A stretch of DNA of 64,000 bases from an uncultured delta proteobacterium (GCA_963696385.1 CAVOKF010000004.1:576001-640000); one strand, 5' to 3'; positions 1-10,244 are shown, counted from the first letter of the stretch. Notes: generated from the sequence alone by a model not told the origin. A program made the numbers and translations.

Positions 1-2218
1 CTCGTCGTCTGCGCGTGCGAGCCCTCCGTCCCGCCTCTTCCGATCGTCGCCCGAACCGGCGCTGCCGCCGTGGCGCCGACGGCCTCGTCGCCCGCTCCCT
101 CGCCGGAGCGCCGCGTCGAACAATGGCTCGCGAAGATGACCCTCGAGGACAAGATCGACTACATCGGCGGCGATCGCGACTTCTTCATCCGCGCCGTGGC
201 GAGCCTGGGGATTCCCGAGATCAAAATGTCCGATGGGCCATCGGGATGCCGCAACTGGGGTCCGAGCACCGCTTATCCAGCGGCTATCGCCCTGGCGGCC
301 TCATTCGATTCGAACCTCGCTGAGCGTGTGGGCCAATCGATCGCTCGCGATTGCCGGGCTCGCGGCGTTCGCATCTTGCTCGCGCCCGGGGTGAACATCC
401 AACGGTCGCCGCTCGACGGTCGCAACTTCGAATACTTGGGCGAGGACCCTTTTCTCGCGGGAACGACTGCGGCAGCTTACGTTCGGGGCGTTCAAGGAGA
501 AGGAGTGCTCGCGACCGTCAAACACTTCGCGGCGAACAACCAAGAGTGGGATCGGCGCGGAATCAGCTCGGAAGTGGACGAACGGAGTCTGCGCGAGATT
601 TACCTTCCGGCCTTCGAGCGCACGGTGCGAGAGGGGCACGTGGGCGCCGTGATGACTGCCTACAATTTGCTCAATGGGACCTACTGTTCCGAACATCCCT
701 GGCTGCTTCGGAAAGTGCTCAAGGAGCAGTGGGGCTTCCCGGGGATCGCGATGTCCGACTGGCATGCCGTGCAGGACGCAGCGGGTGCCGCAAACGCCGG
801 GCTGGATCTCGAGATGCCGGAAGCCCGCTACATGAACCGCGACAAGTTGATTCCTCTCATCCGGGAGCACGCGGTCGATAGTGCGGTCATCGACGACAAG
901 GTCCGTCGCATCCTTCGGACCATCCTCGCGGCGGGCTTCCTGGAGTCTGCCGCGAAGCGCGACGACGTCCCTCTCGATGATCCGAAGAGCTCGTCGGTGG
1001 CTCTCGAGGAGGCCCGGCGCAGCATTGTCCTGCTCAAGAACTCGCACGACCTTTTGCCGCTCGACCGAGCCAAGATCAAGCGAATCGCGTTGATCGGGCC
1101 GAACGCAACGCCTGCGGTCGTCGGGGGCTCGGGCAGTGCGTTCGTCACGCCGTTCCACGCCGTGAGTTTGCTCGACGGACTCACGCGAGCCGCGCGGGGC
1201 ATTGAGGTCGACTACCACCCCGGGGTCCAACAGAATCTCGGATCGTGCGGCGGGGGCCAAAGTTGGCTTCGGTTCCGACGCCCGACGCGATGGCCTCGAA
1301 GGTGGCCCCGAGGTTTCGGCGACCGCTCGTCGTGCCGACGCCGTCGTCGTAGCCGTTGGCTTCGGGCAGAGCGCCGATAGCAACAGCGCGCAGGTCCCGT
1401 TCGAGCCATTCTGGCCTCCTCCCTGGGCGCGTCAGGCCGGACTGGTCGAAGCGGAAAACAGCGATCGCCCGTTCGAATTGCCGGCGCCGCAGCTTGAGAC
1501 CATACGGCTGGCTGTTGCCGCCAACCCACGCACCATCGTGGTGGTGAACTCCGGCGGAGGGGTCGACGTGCAGCCTTTCGCGGACGGCGCGGCCGCGCTG
1601 TTGTGGGCTTGGTATCCGGGACAAGAGGGCGGCCGCGCGATCGCCGACGTGCTGTTCGGCGAGGTGAACCCCTCAGGCAAGTTGCCCGTTACGTTCGCGA
1701 GGCGATACGCGGATTACCCGAGCGCGCCGTATTACAACGTGGATCGGGGGAAAAAAACGCCGTACACGGAAGGGGTCTTCGTCGGCTACCGAGGCTTCGA
1801 AGCCGCCCGCGTCGAGCCCGCATTCCCGTTCGGGTATGGACTGAGCTATACGTCGTTCGGCTACTCCGACCTGCGTGCGTCCGCGTCCGCGGACGGATCG
1901 GCGCGCGCAGTCCTCACCGTAACGAACCGCGGAGCACGCGCCGGCGAGGAGGTCGTGCAACTTTACGTGGCGCCTCCGAAGACGAGTGTTGCTCGTCCCC
2001 CGAAGGAGCTCAAAGGGTTCGCCCGAGTCTCGCTGGCACCGGGCGAGAGCCAATCCATTTCGCTGACCCTCGAGCCTCGGGCGTTTGCGTTCTGGGACGA
2101 CCAGCAGAAGGCCTGGGCGGTTACGCCTGGCCCCTACGAGATCCTCGCTGGCGCTTCCTCCGCCGACATCCGCCTGCGTCAGTCGATTGACGTTGTCGCG
2201 CGGGTTCTTGCGCCGTGA
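1..2218 (+). pseudogene. GH3 beta-glucosidase (BglX-like lipoprotein), 5'-partial, split by a frameshift near 1234-1240
   Basis: Frame 1 is open from base 1 (LVVCAC lipobox-like) and has GH3 motifs SDGPSG, GRNFEYLGEDP, KHFAAN, MSDW. Frame 2 (ORF 1202-2218) has the GH3 C-terminal and Fn3-like parts (WYPGQEGG, NPSGKLPVTF, FPFGYGLSYT, PPKELKGF). Confidence 0.85.
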
Positions 2219-2390
2219 CGCCGCACATGGGCTCCGTTTCCTCCGGTCGCCCCGTGCAGTGGCTGCCCAGCCGGTGGGTCGATCGGTTGCAAGCCACGAC
2301 TTTAAAGACGTTACGGCGGCGAAAGGACTGCGGCGCATGGCCGACTCTCCCGGAGCGCACCGGGCTGGGCCTGCTAAGGTGGGGAACTCG

Positions 2391-3254
2391 ATGCGGACCC
2401 GGCCCACGGCTTGGTGGCTAGCGCAGCTTCGTCGACGGCGCTCTCGCATGGTCGACGAAAGGCTCGACCTCTCCACGCCCCCCGCGTTCGCGACTCTAGA
2501 GGAGCATTCGGCGGCGGTCGCTTTCTTCAACGCAGCATTTCGGGCGGAGGAATCCGGTCTTCGGCAAGCCCACGAGCTTTCGGACACGGTCGCGCAACGC
2601 GATCCCGAGCTCGCGGAATGTCTGCGCCTCTACGGGGACGAAGAGGGCTGGCACCGTCGGTTGCTCACCGAGTTTTTGGGGTGGCTCGGCGGGAGCGTGA
2701 AGCCCATGGGACGCACGACCCGCACCTTCTACGGACTGTATGCGCGAGCCGAACGAATGGAGTCGATCGTCCTGGTCAACCTGATGTTCGAAACGATTGG
2801 CTCGACCACCTATCGGCTCGCGCTTCGAGGTGCCACGCATCCGGTCGTGCGGCAGATGCTCACCATACTGACGCGCGACGAGTCGTTTCACGTGCCGCTG
2901 AACGTCCACTTCCTGCGCGCGGCGCTCGCGTTTGCACCTTCCGTTTCGAAACGTCGCCTGCGTGCGTTGCACAACGCGACGTTCGTGGCGCTGCTTGCGT
3001 CGACGATTCCGAGCCGGCGTCGGGCCGAGCCCTTCGATCGCATTCCGCAACGCGTGCTTGCAAGAGCCTACGCGACGGAGCTCGCGCGCTTATTTCTCGA
3101 GCAAGACGACTTGGGACTCTCGCCCTCGCCGTTGTTTCTGCGCATGTTCGGTCTGGACCGCGAGGACCTTCTCCTGCGCGGACCGTCTACCGTCAGCGTC
3201 GAAGCCGCGGAGCGATCGGCCGAGCGCGCCGACGTCGTCGTCGACGCCTATTGA
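2391..3254 (+). CDS. Ferritin-like (diiron carboxylate) domain protein
   Basis: E...ExxH...E...ExxH pattern (AEESG, DEEGWH, FETIG, DESFH). Start uncertain (2338/2391/2448). Confidence 0.7.
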   Translation: MRTRPTAWWLAQLRRRRSRMVDERLDLSTPPAFATLEEHSAAVAFFNAAFRAEESGLRQAHELSDTVAQRDPELAECLRLYGDEEGWHRRLLTEFLGWLGGSVKPMGRTTRTFYGLYARAERMESIVLVNLMFETIGSTTYRLALRGATHPVVRQMLTILTRDESFHVPLNVHFLRAALAFAPSVSKRRLRALHNATFVALLASTIPSRRRAEPFDRIPQRVLARAYATELARLFLEQDDLGLSPSPLFLRMFGLDREDLLLRGPSTVSVEAAERSAERADVVVDAY

Positions 3255-3261
3255 ACGAACC

Positions 3262-4257
3262 ATGCGCCCCGTTGCTGGATTTGCCTGGGGGCTTCTTGCG
3301 TACGACGTCGCCGTCGTCGCGTGGGGCGCTTACGTTCGGGCGACCGGCTCCGGGGCCGGATGCGGTCGCCACTGGCCAACCTGCAACGGCGACTTCGTGC
3401 CGCGGGTTGCGCGGCTCGAAACACTCGTGGAATTCTCGCACCGTGCGTCCAGTGCGGCCGCGTTCATCCTTACGATCGTGCTGCTCGTCTGGACGCTCCG
3501 GGCATTCCCGCGGGGCCATCGGGTCCGCCGCGGCGCAGCCGCCGCTTGCGCGCTCATGGCCACAGAGGCGCTCATCGGCGCAGGCCTCGTCCTGTTCGCG
3601 CTCGTCGCGCACGACGCATCCCTCAAGAGAGCGCTGAGCATCGCCCTCCACCTCGTGAACACGTTCTTTCTCTTGGCTGCGACCGCGCTCACGGCCTGGT
3701 GGGCATCCGGCGGCGCCCCTCTCGAGCTCCGCGGTCGGCGGACTTTGCTGGCTGGCGTCGGGCTCCCGCTCGTGGCCATGATCTTCGTGGGCGCGACCGG
3801 TGCCGTGACGGCCCTCGGCGACACACTCTTTCCGGCTGCGTCGCTTGCGGAAGGTCTTGCCCGAGATCTCGCGCCGAGTGCCCACCTGTTCGTTCGCTTG
3901 CGCGCGATTCACCCGATCTTGGCCGTGGGCACGGCGACTGCCACGATCGGTGTGGCGAGCGTGGTGCGGAACCTTCGGCCGACGGGCGAGGTCTCCGCGC
4001 TTTCCCGGATCACGACGGCGCTCGCGTCCGTTCAGGTCGCCGCCGGCCTGCTGGACGTACTCCTTCGCGCACCGGTGTTGGTGCAGGTAGTCCATCTCGT
4101 GCTTGCCGACGCCGTGTGGATCGCTCTCATCCTCACGGCCGCTGCTGCGCTGGCCAAGGAGGACGGCGGCCCGGCCGTTAGCCCCCCTCGTATTCGCAGC
4201 GCGACTCACACGTCTCGAACACCGTCACGCGGACGAGCGGCGGCAGAATCGGTTTGA
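3262..4257 (+). CDS. ctaA: COX15/CtaA family heme A synthase
   Basis: [27 protein letters not shown], further His residues in about 8 TM helices. ATG at 3262. Confidence 0.85.
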   Translation: MRPVAGFAWGLLAYDVAVVAWGAYVRATGSGAGCGRHWPTCNGDFVPRVARLETLVEFSHRASSAAAFILTIVLLVWTLRAFPRGHRVRRGAAAACALMATEALIGAGLVLFALVAHDASLKRALSIALHLVNTFFLLAATALTAWWASGGAPLELRGRRTLLAGVGLPLVAMIFVGATGAVTALGDTLFPAASLAEGLARDLAPSAHLFVRLRAIHPILAVGTATATIGVASVVRNLRPTGEVSALSRITTALASVQVAAGLLDVLLRAPVLVQVVHLVLADAVWIALILTAAAALAKEDGGPAVSPPRIRSATHTSRTPSRGRAAAESV

Positions 4258-4540
4258 TTCGGTCCCAGATCCAGCGCGCAAGCACTTCGCTGGTGGGGTT
4301 GGCCAGCCCATCCACCTCGTTCAGGTAACGGTGGTCCAGTCGTTCGCTCAATGGCTTCCACGCGTCGTACAACGTTTGAAAGTCGATAAACCAACCGGTG
4401 GCTTCATCCACCGGCCCGTAAACGGCGAGCTCCACGCGGAAGCTGTGGCCATGCAATCGTGCGCACTTGTGCCCGGCGGGCACGTTCGGCAGCCGGTGGG
4501 CTGCTTCAAAGCGGAACTCGTGCACGAGGCGAACGTTCAT
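4178..4540 (-). CDS. queD: 6-carboxy-5,6,7,8-tetrahydropterin synthase
   Basis: [32 protein letters not shown] motifs. Confidence 0.95.
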   Translation of the reverse strand: MNVRLVHEFRFEAAHRLPNVPAGHKCARLHGHSFRVELAVYGPVDEATGWFIDFQTLYDAWKPLSERLDHRYLNEVDGLANPTSEVLARWIWDRIKPILPPLVRVTVFETCESRCEYEGG

Positions 4541-4575
4541 GGTACAGCCCCGTCGGCAACGGAGAGGCCGAAGAC

Positions 4576-4695
4576 ATGTTCATCACCCTTTCGAAGAAGC
4601 CGCGCAAAGTGAATCGCAAGAAGACCGCACGCTTTCGCGCCAAGCTGAAGGCCAAGGATCGCGCGCGTCGCAACCGCGTCTATCAGGGTGAGTGA
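4576..4695 (+). CDS. Small basic protein (39 aa, Lys/Arg-rich)
   Basis: GGAGAGG Shine-Dalgarno at 4561-4567, ATG at 4576. Fills the gap between queD and mglA. Confidence 0.65.
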   Translation: MFITLSKKPRKVNRKKTARFRAKLKAKDRARRNRVYQGE

Positions 4696-4765
4696 GCCGC
4701 AGTCCAATCGAGGCAGAGCGCGCAGCATCGTCGCCGGTGTACCGAAGGGTGGCGTGGACGCCGCG

Positions 4766-5356
4766 TCAGCCGGCGCCCTTCTTCAGCTCGGTCAGCACGA
4801 GCTTGGCGATCGCCTTCAGCGTGTCGAAGACGCCCGTCCCAATCCGGGCGACGGCCTCGAAGTCGGGGACGGCCGATTTATTGAGCATTTGTTTGAGTTC
4901 GTCGGTTGCCGCGACGTTCGGTAGGTCGCGCTTGTTGTATTGGATGACGAAGGGAAGCCGGTCGAGCGCATAGCCCTGTTCTGCCAAGTTCGTGTGCAAG
5001 TTTTCGAGGGACTCTTCGTTCGCCTCCATGCGCTCGATCTGGGAATCCGCGACGAAAATCACGCCGTCCACCCCCTTGAGAATGAGCTTTCGCGAAGCAT
5101 CGTAAAAGACCTGTCCCGGGACGGTGTACAAGTGGAAGCGCGTCTTGAACCCTCGGATCTCGCCGAGCGACAGGGGCAAAAAGTCGAAGAACAGCGTCCG
5201 CTCGGTTTCGGTCGCGAGCGAGATCATCTTTCCTTTGTGCTCCGGGTTGGTCCGTTCGTAGATGTACTGCAGGTTCGTCGTCTTGCCGCAAAGACCCGGC
5301 CCGTAATATACGAGCTTGCAGTTGATCTCGCGGGCCATGTAGTTGATGAAACTCAT
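4766..5356 (-). CDS. mglA: Gliding motility small GTPase MglA
   Basis: MSFINY, GPGLCGKTTNL, ETERTLFFDFLP, TVPGQ, NKRD; matches the known MglA sequence. Confidence 0.97.
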   Translation of the reverse strand: MSFINYMAREINCKLVYYGPGLCGKTTNLQYIYERTNPEHKGKMISLATETERTLFFDFLPLSLGEIRGFKTRFHLYTVPGQVFYDASRKLILKGVDGVIFVADSQIERMEANEESLENLHTNLAEQGYALDRLPFVIQYNKRDLPNVAATDELKQMLNKSAVPDFEAVARIGTGVFDTLKAIAKLVLTELKKGAG

Positions 5357-5398
5357 CGCGGCAGCCTGGCGGGGGTTCCCCGAAGAGGGGACGTTCGG

Positions 5399-5881
5399 TC
5401 AATCGTTGAAGAGATTGTCGATGTCTTCGTCGGTGATCTCTGCGAACGGCGAGTCGGCCCCCGGCTCCTGCACCTTGTTGAGCAGCGATTCGAAGACATG
5501 GTTCAGCTCCTCGCTCGCCTTCTTCACTCTCAGCCTGACCAACCCCAACGACGACTTCGAGTCGAATATGACGACCAGGATGACGCGATTTCCGACGAGC
5601 TGAATATGGATGTTCGCTCGCTCGCCCTCGTGAAACTGCGTCGCGAACTCCTGCTCCTTGAGCAACTTCGCCATTCCGCCGGTTGCGGCGATGTTGCCGG
5701 CTGTCAGCGAGGCCAGGCTGGTCGTGTCGACGTTGTCGATGTCGCCGGAAGCCGCGATGAGCTGACCGTTCTTGTCGACGATGAAGACGACCTTGGCGTT
5801 CGCATCCCGAACCAGCCGATCGACGATCGTTTGGATCTGATTGAACTCCTCCTCGTACATCACCATCTGCGGGTTGACCAT
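5399..5881 (-). CDS. mglB: MglB roadblock/LC7 GTPase-activating protein
   Basis: MYEEEF, VDKNGQLI, SLASLTAGNIAATGG, C-terminal EITDEDIDNLF. Directly upstream of mglA. Confidence 0.96.
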   Translation of the reverse strand: MVNPQMVMYEEEFNQIQTIVDRLVRDANAKVVFIVDKNGQLIAASGDIDNVDTTSLASLTAGNIAATGGMAKLLKEQEFATQFHEGERANIHIQLVGNRVILVVIFDSKSSLGLVRLRVKKASEELNHVFESLLNKVQEPGADSPFAEITDEDIDNLFND

Positions 5882-6121
5882 TCGAGGCCTCAGTGCGGGC
5901 AGGGCGTGCGGGTTGCTCGTCACGCCGGTAAGGCGCGGATCACGCCATCGGATTTCACGCTAACCATGTGACACAAGCTGTTGTACCCGTGTGGCCGATT
6001 TCAGTAAAGGCGTGAGACCGTCGTCCACGGGGATGGACGACGAGCCGAGGGACCGCTGTGAGTGACCCGGCGACTGGGATCGAGCGTGTCGGCACACGTC
6101 GACGCGATCCTCGCTGTTCGA

Positions 6122-6373
6122 CTAGGAGGCGCGGAAGCGCACATGGATCTCGAGCTCCGATTCGGGGTCTTGTCCGCGTGAAGCCGCGACCGCCTCGAAG
6201 CCTGGTTCGGCCCGCAATTCGTCGAATACGGCGCGCGCCAGGCGCGGTCGAACGCGCTCGCGCCATCGTTCGAGCCACGCGTTGCCGTCTTCGTTGCCTT
6301 CGTAGTCGTAGTCGAACTCGGCGGAGAGCTCGATTCGAACGACGAAACGCCCTTCCTCGCGATGTGTGCCCAT
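6122..6373 (-). CDS. Hypothetical protein (83 aa)
   Basis: ATG at 6373; protein-like composition (DYDYEGNEDG, W..W); fills the gap. Confidence 0.6.
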   Translation of the reverse strand: MGTHREEGRFVVRIELSAEFDYDYEGNEDGNAWLERWRERVRPRLARAVFDELRAEPGFEAVAASRGQDPESELEIHVRFRAS

Positions 6374-6410
6374 CAGTGGCACAATCGTAAATGCTACAAG
6401 GTGGGCAGTC

Positions 6411-7379
6411 ATGCCGGCAGGCATCGCAGTCGTCCGGTGCGATGAGTGCAGGGCACACGACGTTGCCGCACACTCCCGCAACGCGCTCGACGCCCCTCTC
6501 GCCGGCCTCGCGCTCCTGCGAATATCCAGCATACAAGACGTTGCGCTGCTTGTCGGCGCATTCCAACGCGGGGCCGGGTTCTCGGACGCGTGGCCCCTGT
6601 TCAGGCGCGGATCGGGAGGCCCGGAAGTGCTCGTCGGTCCGGGGACCGTTCACGTGGCGCTCTCGCTCCCTCATCCCGGCGCCTTGATCGGGGCCGACCC
6701 AAAGCGCATCGTCAACCGTGCGGTTCGTCCCTTGCTCCGGGCGCTGTCCCGGATCGGGGCGACCGCGCATTTTTTTGGCCGCGACTGGGTAAGCGTTGGC
6801 CAACGGCCGGCGGCGTGGGTCGGCTTCGCGCACGATACATCGACCGGACGAACGCTTTTCGAGGCGTTCATTGCCGTTCGCAATCCGTTCGCGATCGCTC
6901 AGCGCCCGTCGTTTCGCGGCAGGGCCCACGCGACGTTGGAAGAGGTTGTGAAGCGGAACGTCAATCCGGCCGATTTGGCGACCGCCATCATCGATGCCTA
7001 CGTGGAGGGGCACGAGCGCATGAACGTCGACCCCCCGGCACCGGCGCTCTCGCCCGGCCCTCCAGACCTGCGCCACGAGCCGCCGTGGACGGCGACATGC
7101 GAGGAGGCGATCGGATGGCTGGGGGCAGGACCGGATGAGCGCGGTGTGTTCCGCGTGGGCGGCGACTTGCTCGTGTCCCGCGACGCCCTGAGCCGTCTGG
7201 AGGAGCAGATTGCGGCCCTGCCGCCTGATGCCTCCGCGGTCGCGTTGGGCCGCGTGGTGGACGAAAGCCTGGGCGCTCCACATGTCGCCCTCGAGGGCAT
7301 CCGAACGCTCTCGAGCGTGCGAGACCTCATCGCTCGTGCGCGTGGCGTGTCGTGCGTTCCCATACGCGGGCATCCTTGA
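6411..7379 (+). CDS. Lipoate-protein ligase A (BPL/LPL)-like protein, degenerate
   Basis: RRGSGGPEV resembles LplA RRxSGGGxV; C-terminal GDLL resembles the LplA accessory domain. Start uncertain. Confidence 0.55.
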   Translation: MPAGIAVVRCDECRAHDVAAHSRNALDAPLAGLALLRISSIQDVALLVGAFQRGAGFSDAWPLFRRGSGGPEVLVGPGTVHVALSLPHPGALIGADPKRIVNRAVRPLLRALSRIGATAHFFGRDWVSVGQRPAAWVGFAHDTSTGRTLFEAFIAVRNPFAIAQRPSFRGRAHATLEEVVKRNVNPADLATAIIDAYVEGHERMNVDPPAPALSPGPPDLRHEPPWTATCEEAIGWLGAGPDERGVFRVGGDLLVSRDALSRLEEQIAALPPDASAVALGRVVDESLGAPHVALEGIRTLSSVRDLIARARGVSCVPIRGHP

Positions 7380-8904
7380 AGATTCGTACGAGCTCTCCGT
7401 CGAGGTGACCGTCTCGCACGCTGCTGTCCAAGATTTCCATCGCGCGCTCGATTGGAATGGCCGTCTTGTAGGGCCTGTCGCCCGCAGTCAGGGCATCGTA
7501 GATGTCGGCAATACTCATCATCTTGGCTTGGACGGGAATCTCGTCGGACGACAGCCGGTTCGGATAACCTGTGCCGTTCAGCCGCTCGTGGTGCGCGCCC
7601 GCGATGACCGGCACGCGTCGGAGCGACCTGCCCCAGGGAATTCGAGACAGGAATCGAAAGGTATGCGACACGTGCGAGCGAATTTCATCGAACTCGACCG
7701 GCGTCAATGACCCTCGGCCGAGCTTGAGGCAGGCGAGCTCGCGATCGCTCAGCAACGGGTGTCGATCGCCGTTGAGGTCGACGAAGGTCTCCTTGGCGAC
7801 CCGCTCGATTCGCTGGAAGTCGTCGCTCGACAGGACGGTCGGTTCGTTCGCAGCACATACCGCCGCCCATGCTTCTTCGAGCGCCGCGCGCTTGCGCGAT
7901 AGCTCGCGGTCGAGCAGGTCCATGGGGACGGGCCTCGGGCCGGCCTCGAGGATCTTGATTTTGCGCGCCAGAACGTCCGCCTCGATCGAGCGGGCCACGT
8001 AATCGAATCGCGCGCGGATCACGCGCAGGTCGTCGTCGTAAAGCTTTCTGGCCTTGACGAGGACTTTCTCGCGCACGCCGATCTTGCCGAAGTCGTGCAG
8101 CAGGCTCGCGTATTCGATTTCGCGCAGGTCCTCGACCGTAAACGCCGTGCGGCCATAGGGCCCGATCGATTCGCGGTCGACTGCCTGCGCGAGTTGCACC
8201 GTCAGCTCGGCGACACGCCGCGAATGGCCGCTCGTCGTCGGATCGCGCGACTCGATTGCCTCGACGCTCGCCTTCACGAAGCCTTCGAACAGCTGTTGAA
8301 TTTCCTCGTAGAGCAGGGCCGTCTCGAGCGACGCCCCCGCTTGCGAAGCAAGCAGCCCGAGCAGCTCTTCGCTGCGTTCGTCGAACGCCGTCACGAGGTC
8401 GGCGACGTCGGTCAGACTCGATAGTTTGCGGCTCGGGTCCCGCTTCTTGTTGATGAGTTGAATGACGCCAATGACTTCATCGCGCTGACTGATGAGCGGG
8501 GCGGCGAGCATCGATCGCGTGACGTATCCGGCACGGCGGTCGAAACTCGGATCGAAATGAAACGTGGATCCCGCTGGCAGCGCGTACACATTGGCAAGGT
8601 TCAACGGCGCCTTGTGGAGTGCCACCCATCCGGCGACGGATCGCTCGCTGAGCGGGATCGTGAATTCGCTGGAGTCGAAGGCGACACTGTCGTTTTGCGT
8701 CAGCTTGAAGCGAAGAGCCGAACCTTCGCCGTGCGACTCGACGATGTAAATGCTGCCGGCGTCTGCGCCGGTGACGAGGCGGCTTTTCTCCAGAATGAGG
8801 CCGAGCAGTCGGCCCACGTCGCGCACCGTCGTCATCGCTCGCGCGATATGGATCAGTTCTCCGAGCACTCCTGCGTCTCGATCGGAGCCCCAGTCGGCGT
8901 TCAC
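7327..8904 (-). CDS. GAF + HD-GYP cyclic dinucleotide phosphodiesterase
   Basis: GAF (ADAGSIY, GYVTRSML, GVIQLINK); RDPTTSGHSRRV, LLHDFGKIG, HHERLNGTGYP, IADIYDALT. Confidence 0.92.
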   Translation of the reverse strand: MNADWGSDRDAGVLGELIHIARAMTTVRDVGRLLGLILEKSRLVTGADAGSIYIVESHGEGSALRFKLTQNDSVAFDSSEFTIPLSERSVAGWVALHKAPLNLANVYALPAGSTFHFDPSFDRRAGYVTRSMLAAPLISQRDEVIGVIQLINKKRDPSRKLSSLTDVADLVTAFDERSEELLGLLASQAGASLETALLYEEIQQLFEGFVKASVEAIESRDPTTSGHSRRVAELTVQLAQAVDRESIGPYGRTAFTVEDLREIEYASLLHDFGKIGVREKVLVKARKLYDDDLRVIRARFDYVARSIEADVLARKIKILEAGPRPVPMDLLDRELSRKRAALEEAWAAVCAANEPTVLSSDDFQRIERVAKETFVDLNGDRHPLLSDRELACLKLGRGSLTPVEFDEIRSHVSHTFRFLSRIPWGRSLRRVPVIAGAHHERLNGTGYPNRLSSDEIPVQAKMMSIADIYDALTAGDRPYKTAIPIERAMEILDSSVRDGHLDGELVRIFKDARVWERTTRHAHER

Positions 8905-9040
8905 GCCCCCTGCTCGCGACTGAGGTTGAGGGTCCCGTGTCGCGCGATGACCTTGGCAGTCGCCCAGGACGCCCAGCAGCCGACGGCCGTACCCCGAGGG
9001 GCGCTCCGCATTGCGCTACCTTTCCGCGCGGGACACCGCG

Positions 9041-9997
9041 TCACTCGTCCGAAGGGGCGGCGAGTTTGCGCGACCAGAGGATGGCGTCTTTGCGACGCCC
9101 CGCGGTGACCAAATGGTTTACCAGGAGCCCCGTGCGGCGAAAGCCGTTGTGAAGGAATGCGATGGCCAGGGCGACGTCGTCACTTGGCGCGAGAGAGAAG
9201 CAGCTCACGACCTCCTCCGATAGCAGCTTGTCGCACAAGGCGCGCAAGCCGCCGACGGTCGCCGCCCTTTCGCTGTCGTTGCGAGGCGACTGCAAGAGCT
9301 CGAGGTAGGCGTTGCAGAAACACGCTTGCGACTCGGTCGACGCCACGAACTCGAGCCCCCCGCGCGTGCTGACGAGGACGTAGCGCCGCTCCACGTCTCG
9401 CCCAAACGACTCGAACGCCGTTAGCGCGCGCCCGCTGCGCAGGGCGGCGGAGACGGCTTTGCGTGCATCGTGCTCATCGAGGACGGCGACCTTCGCCTGT
9501 ACGGGCTTTTCTGTCATGTCACGGACCGCGCGCTTGGCGGCGGCGAGCGTTCGCTCCATGAGCTCCTGCGCCGCCGTCACGGCTTGGCCCGCCCCGATGG
9601 GCTGTGCTGCGACGAGGCGCGTTTCGCTCTCCACCGGCGGTTCGTCGCGCGATTTCGGATCGTCGCGTTGCGGCCGATTGGATTCCACGGGGGAGCCCAA
9701 CAGAAACGCGTCGCTACGCTTGTAGAACCCCGGGATGTTTCCCTCTTTCGAGAAACCGAGCTTTAGCCACGTTTGGACTTCATCGCGCTCGACGAGCGTG
9801 TAGATCTTCTGCACGCCCTCGCGTTGCGCGAGCGACTGGACGAACTGCCGCTTTGCCGTTGACGCTCCAGCACGAAAGTCGACCACGCGCATCGTGCGAG
9901 CCCGCCGATTGACGAGTAGGCAGAGCGAAACCGTTTCGTTCTGGACAAACAGCTCATCGACCGCCTTCTGCTGCGATCCGAGCGCTCTGGCCGCCAT
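9041..9997 (-). CDS. Tandem GNAT-like protein
   Basis: Two GNAT motif-B-like ends (LGFSKEGNIPGFY; NGFRRTGLLVNH) separated by a charged linker. Confidence 0.55.
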   Translation of the reverse strand: MAARALGSQQKAVDELFVQNETVSLCLLVNRRARTMRVVDFRAGASTAKRQFVQSLAQREGVQKIYTLVERDEVQTWLKLGFSKEGNIPGFYKRSDAFLLGSPVESNRPQRDDPKSRDEPPVESETRLVAAQPIGAGQAVTAAQELMERTLAAAKRAVRDMTEKPVQAKVAVLDEHDARKAVSAALRSGRALTAFESFGRDVERRYVLVSTRGGLEFVASTESQACFCNAYLELLQSPRNDSERAATVGGLRALCDKLLSEEVVSCFSLAPSDDVALAIAFLHNGFRRTGLLVNHLVTAGRRKDAILWSRKLAAPSDE

Positions 9998-10075
9998 TCC
10001 TGCACCCGAACCCCTTCCGCGCAACGACACCGCCGCAGCCTGCGCCTCGCACAACCCCAGTTCAAAGTTGGAAGA

Positions 10076-10105
10076 ACGCTACCACGGCCGAATTTGGGCG
10101 GTCAA
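10076..10105 (-). promoter_or_regulatory. Putative sigma70 promoter of the GNAT-like gene
   Basis: Minus strand TTGACC-N18-TAGCGT. Confidence 0.4.
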
Positions 10106-10244
10106 GAGAAGCCGAGCCGATTCGGGAACTTGTATTCCCAATGCGAGAGTGGGAACGTCAGGCGGCAGCACTGCCGGAAACGGTAACGGTGAAGCGAACT
10201 CGGAAGGCTCCGGGGAACTCGCTCCCCTGTACGTCGTCACCCTA

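Noticed and set aside
4178..4257. 80-bp convergent overlap of ctaA and queD (similar overlap at 7327-7379)
   Set aside because: The overlapping ctaA tail is low-complexity; stop-codon drift in GC-rich DNA explains it.
5955..7373. Long antisense or alternate-frame ORFs (e.g. 5955-7373 -, 25425-27425 +, 27723-29486 -, 58499-59947 +, 62797-63867 -)
   Set aside because: Arg/Ala/Pro-rich shadow ORFs typical of high-GC DNA; they overlap genes with clear family motifs.
10120..10220. Several GGAAC/GGAA motifs in the intergenic region
   Set aside because: Irregular spacing and no matching ECF -10 element; cannot be distinguished from chance.
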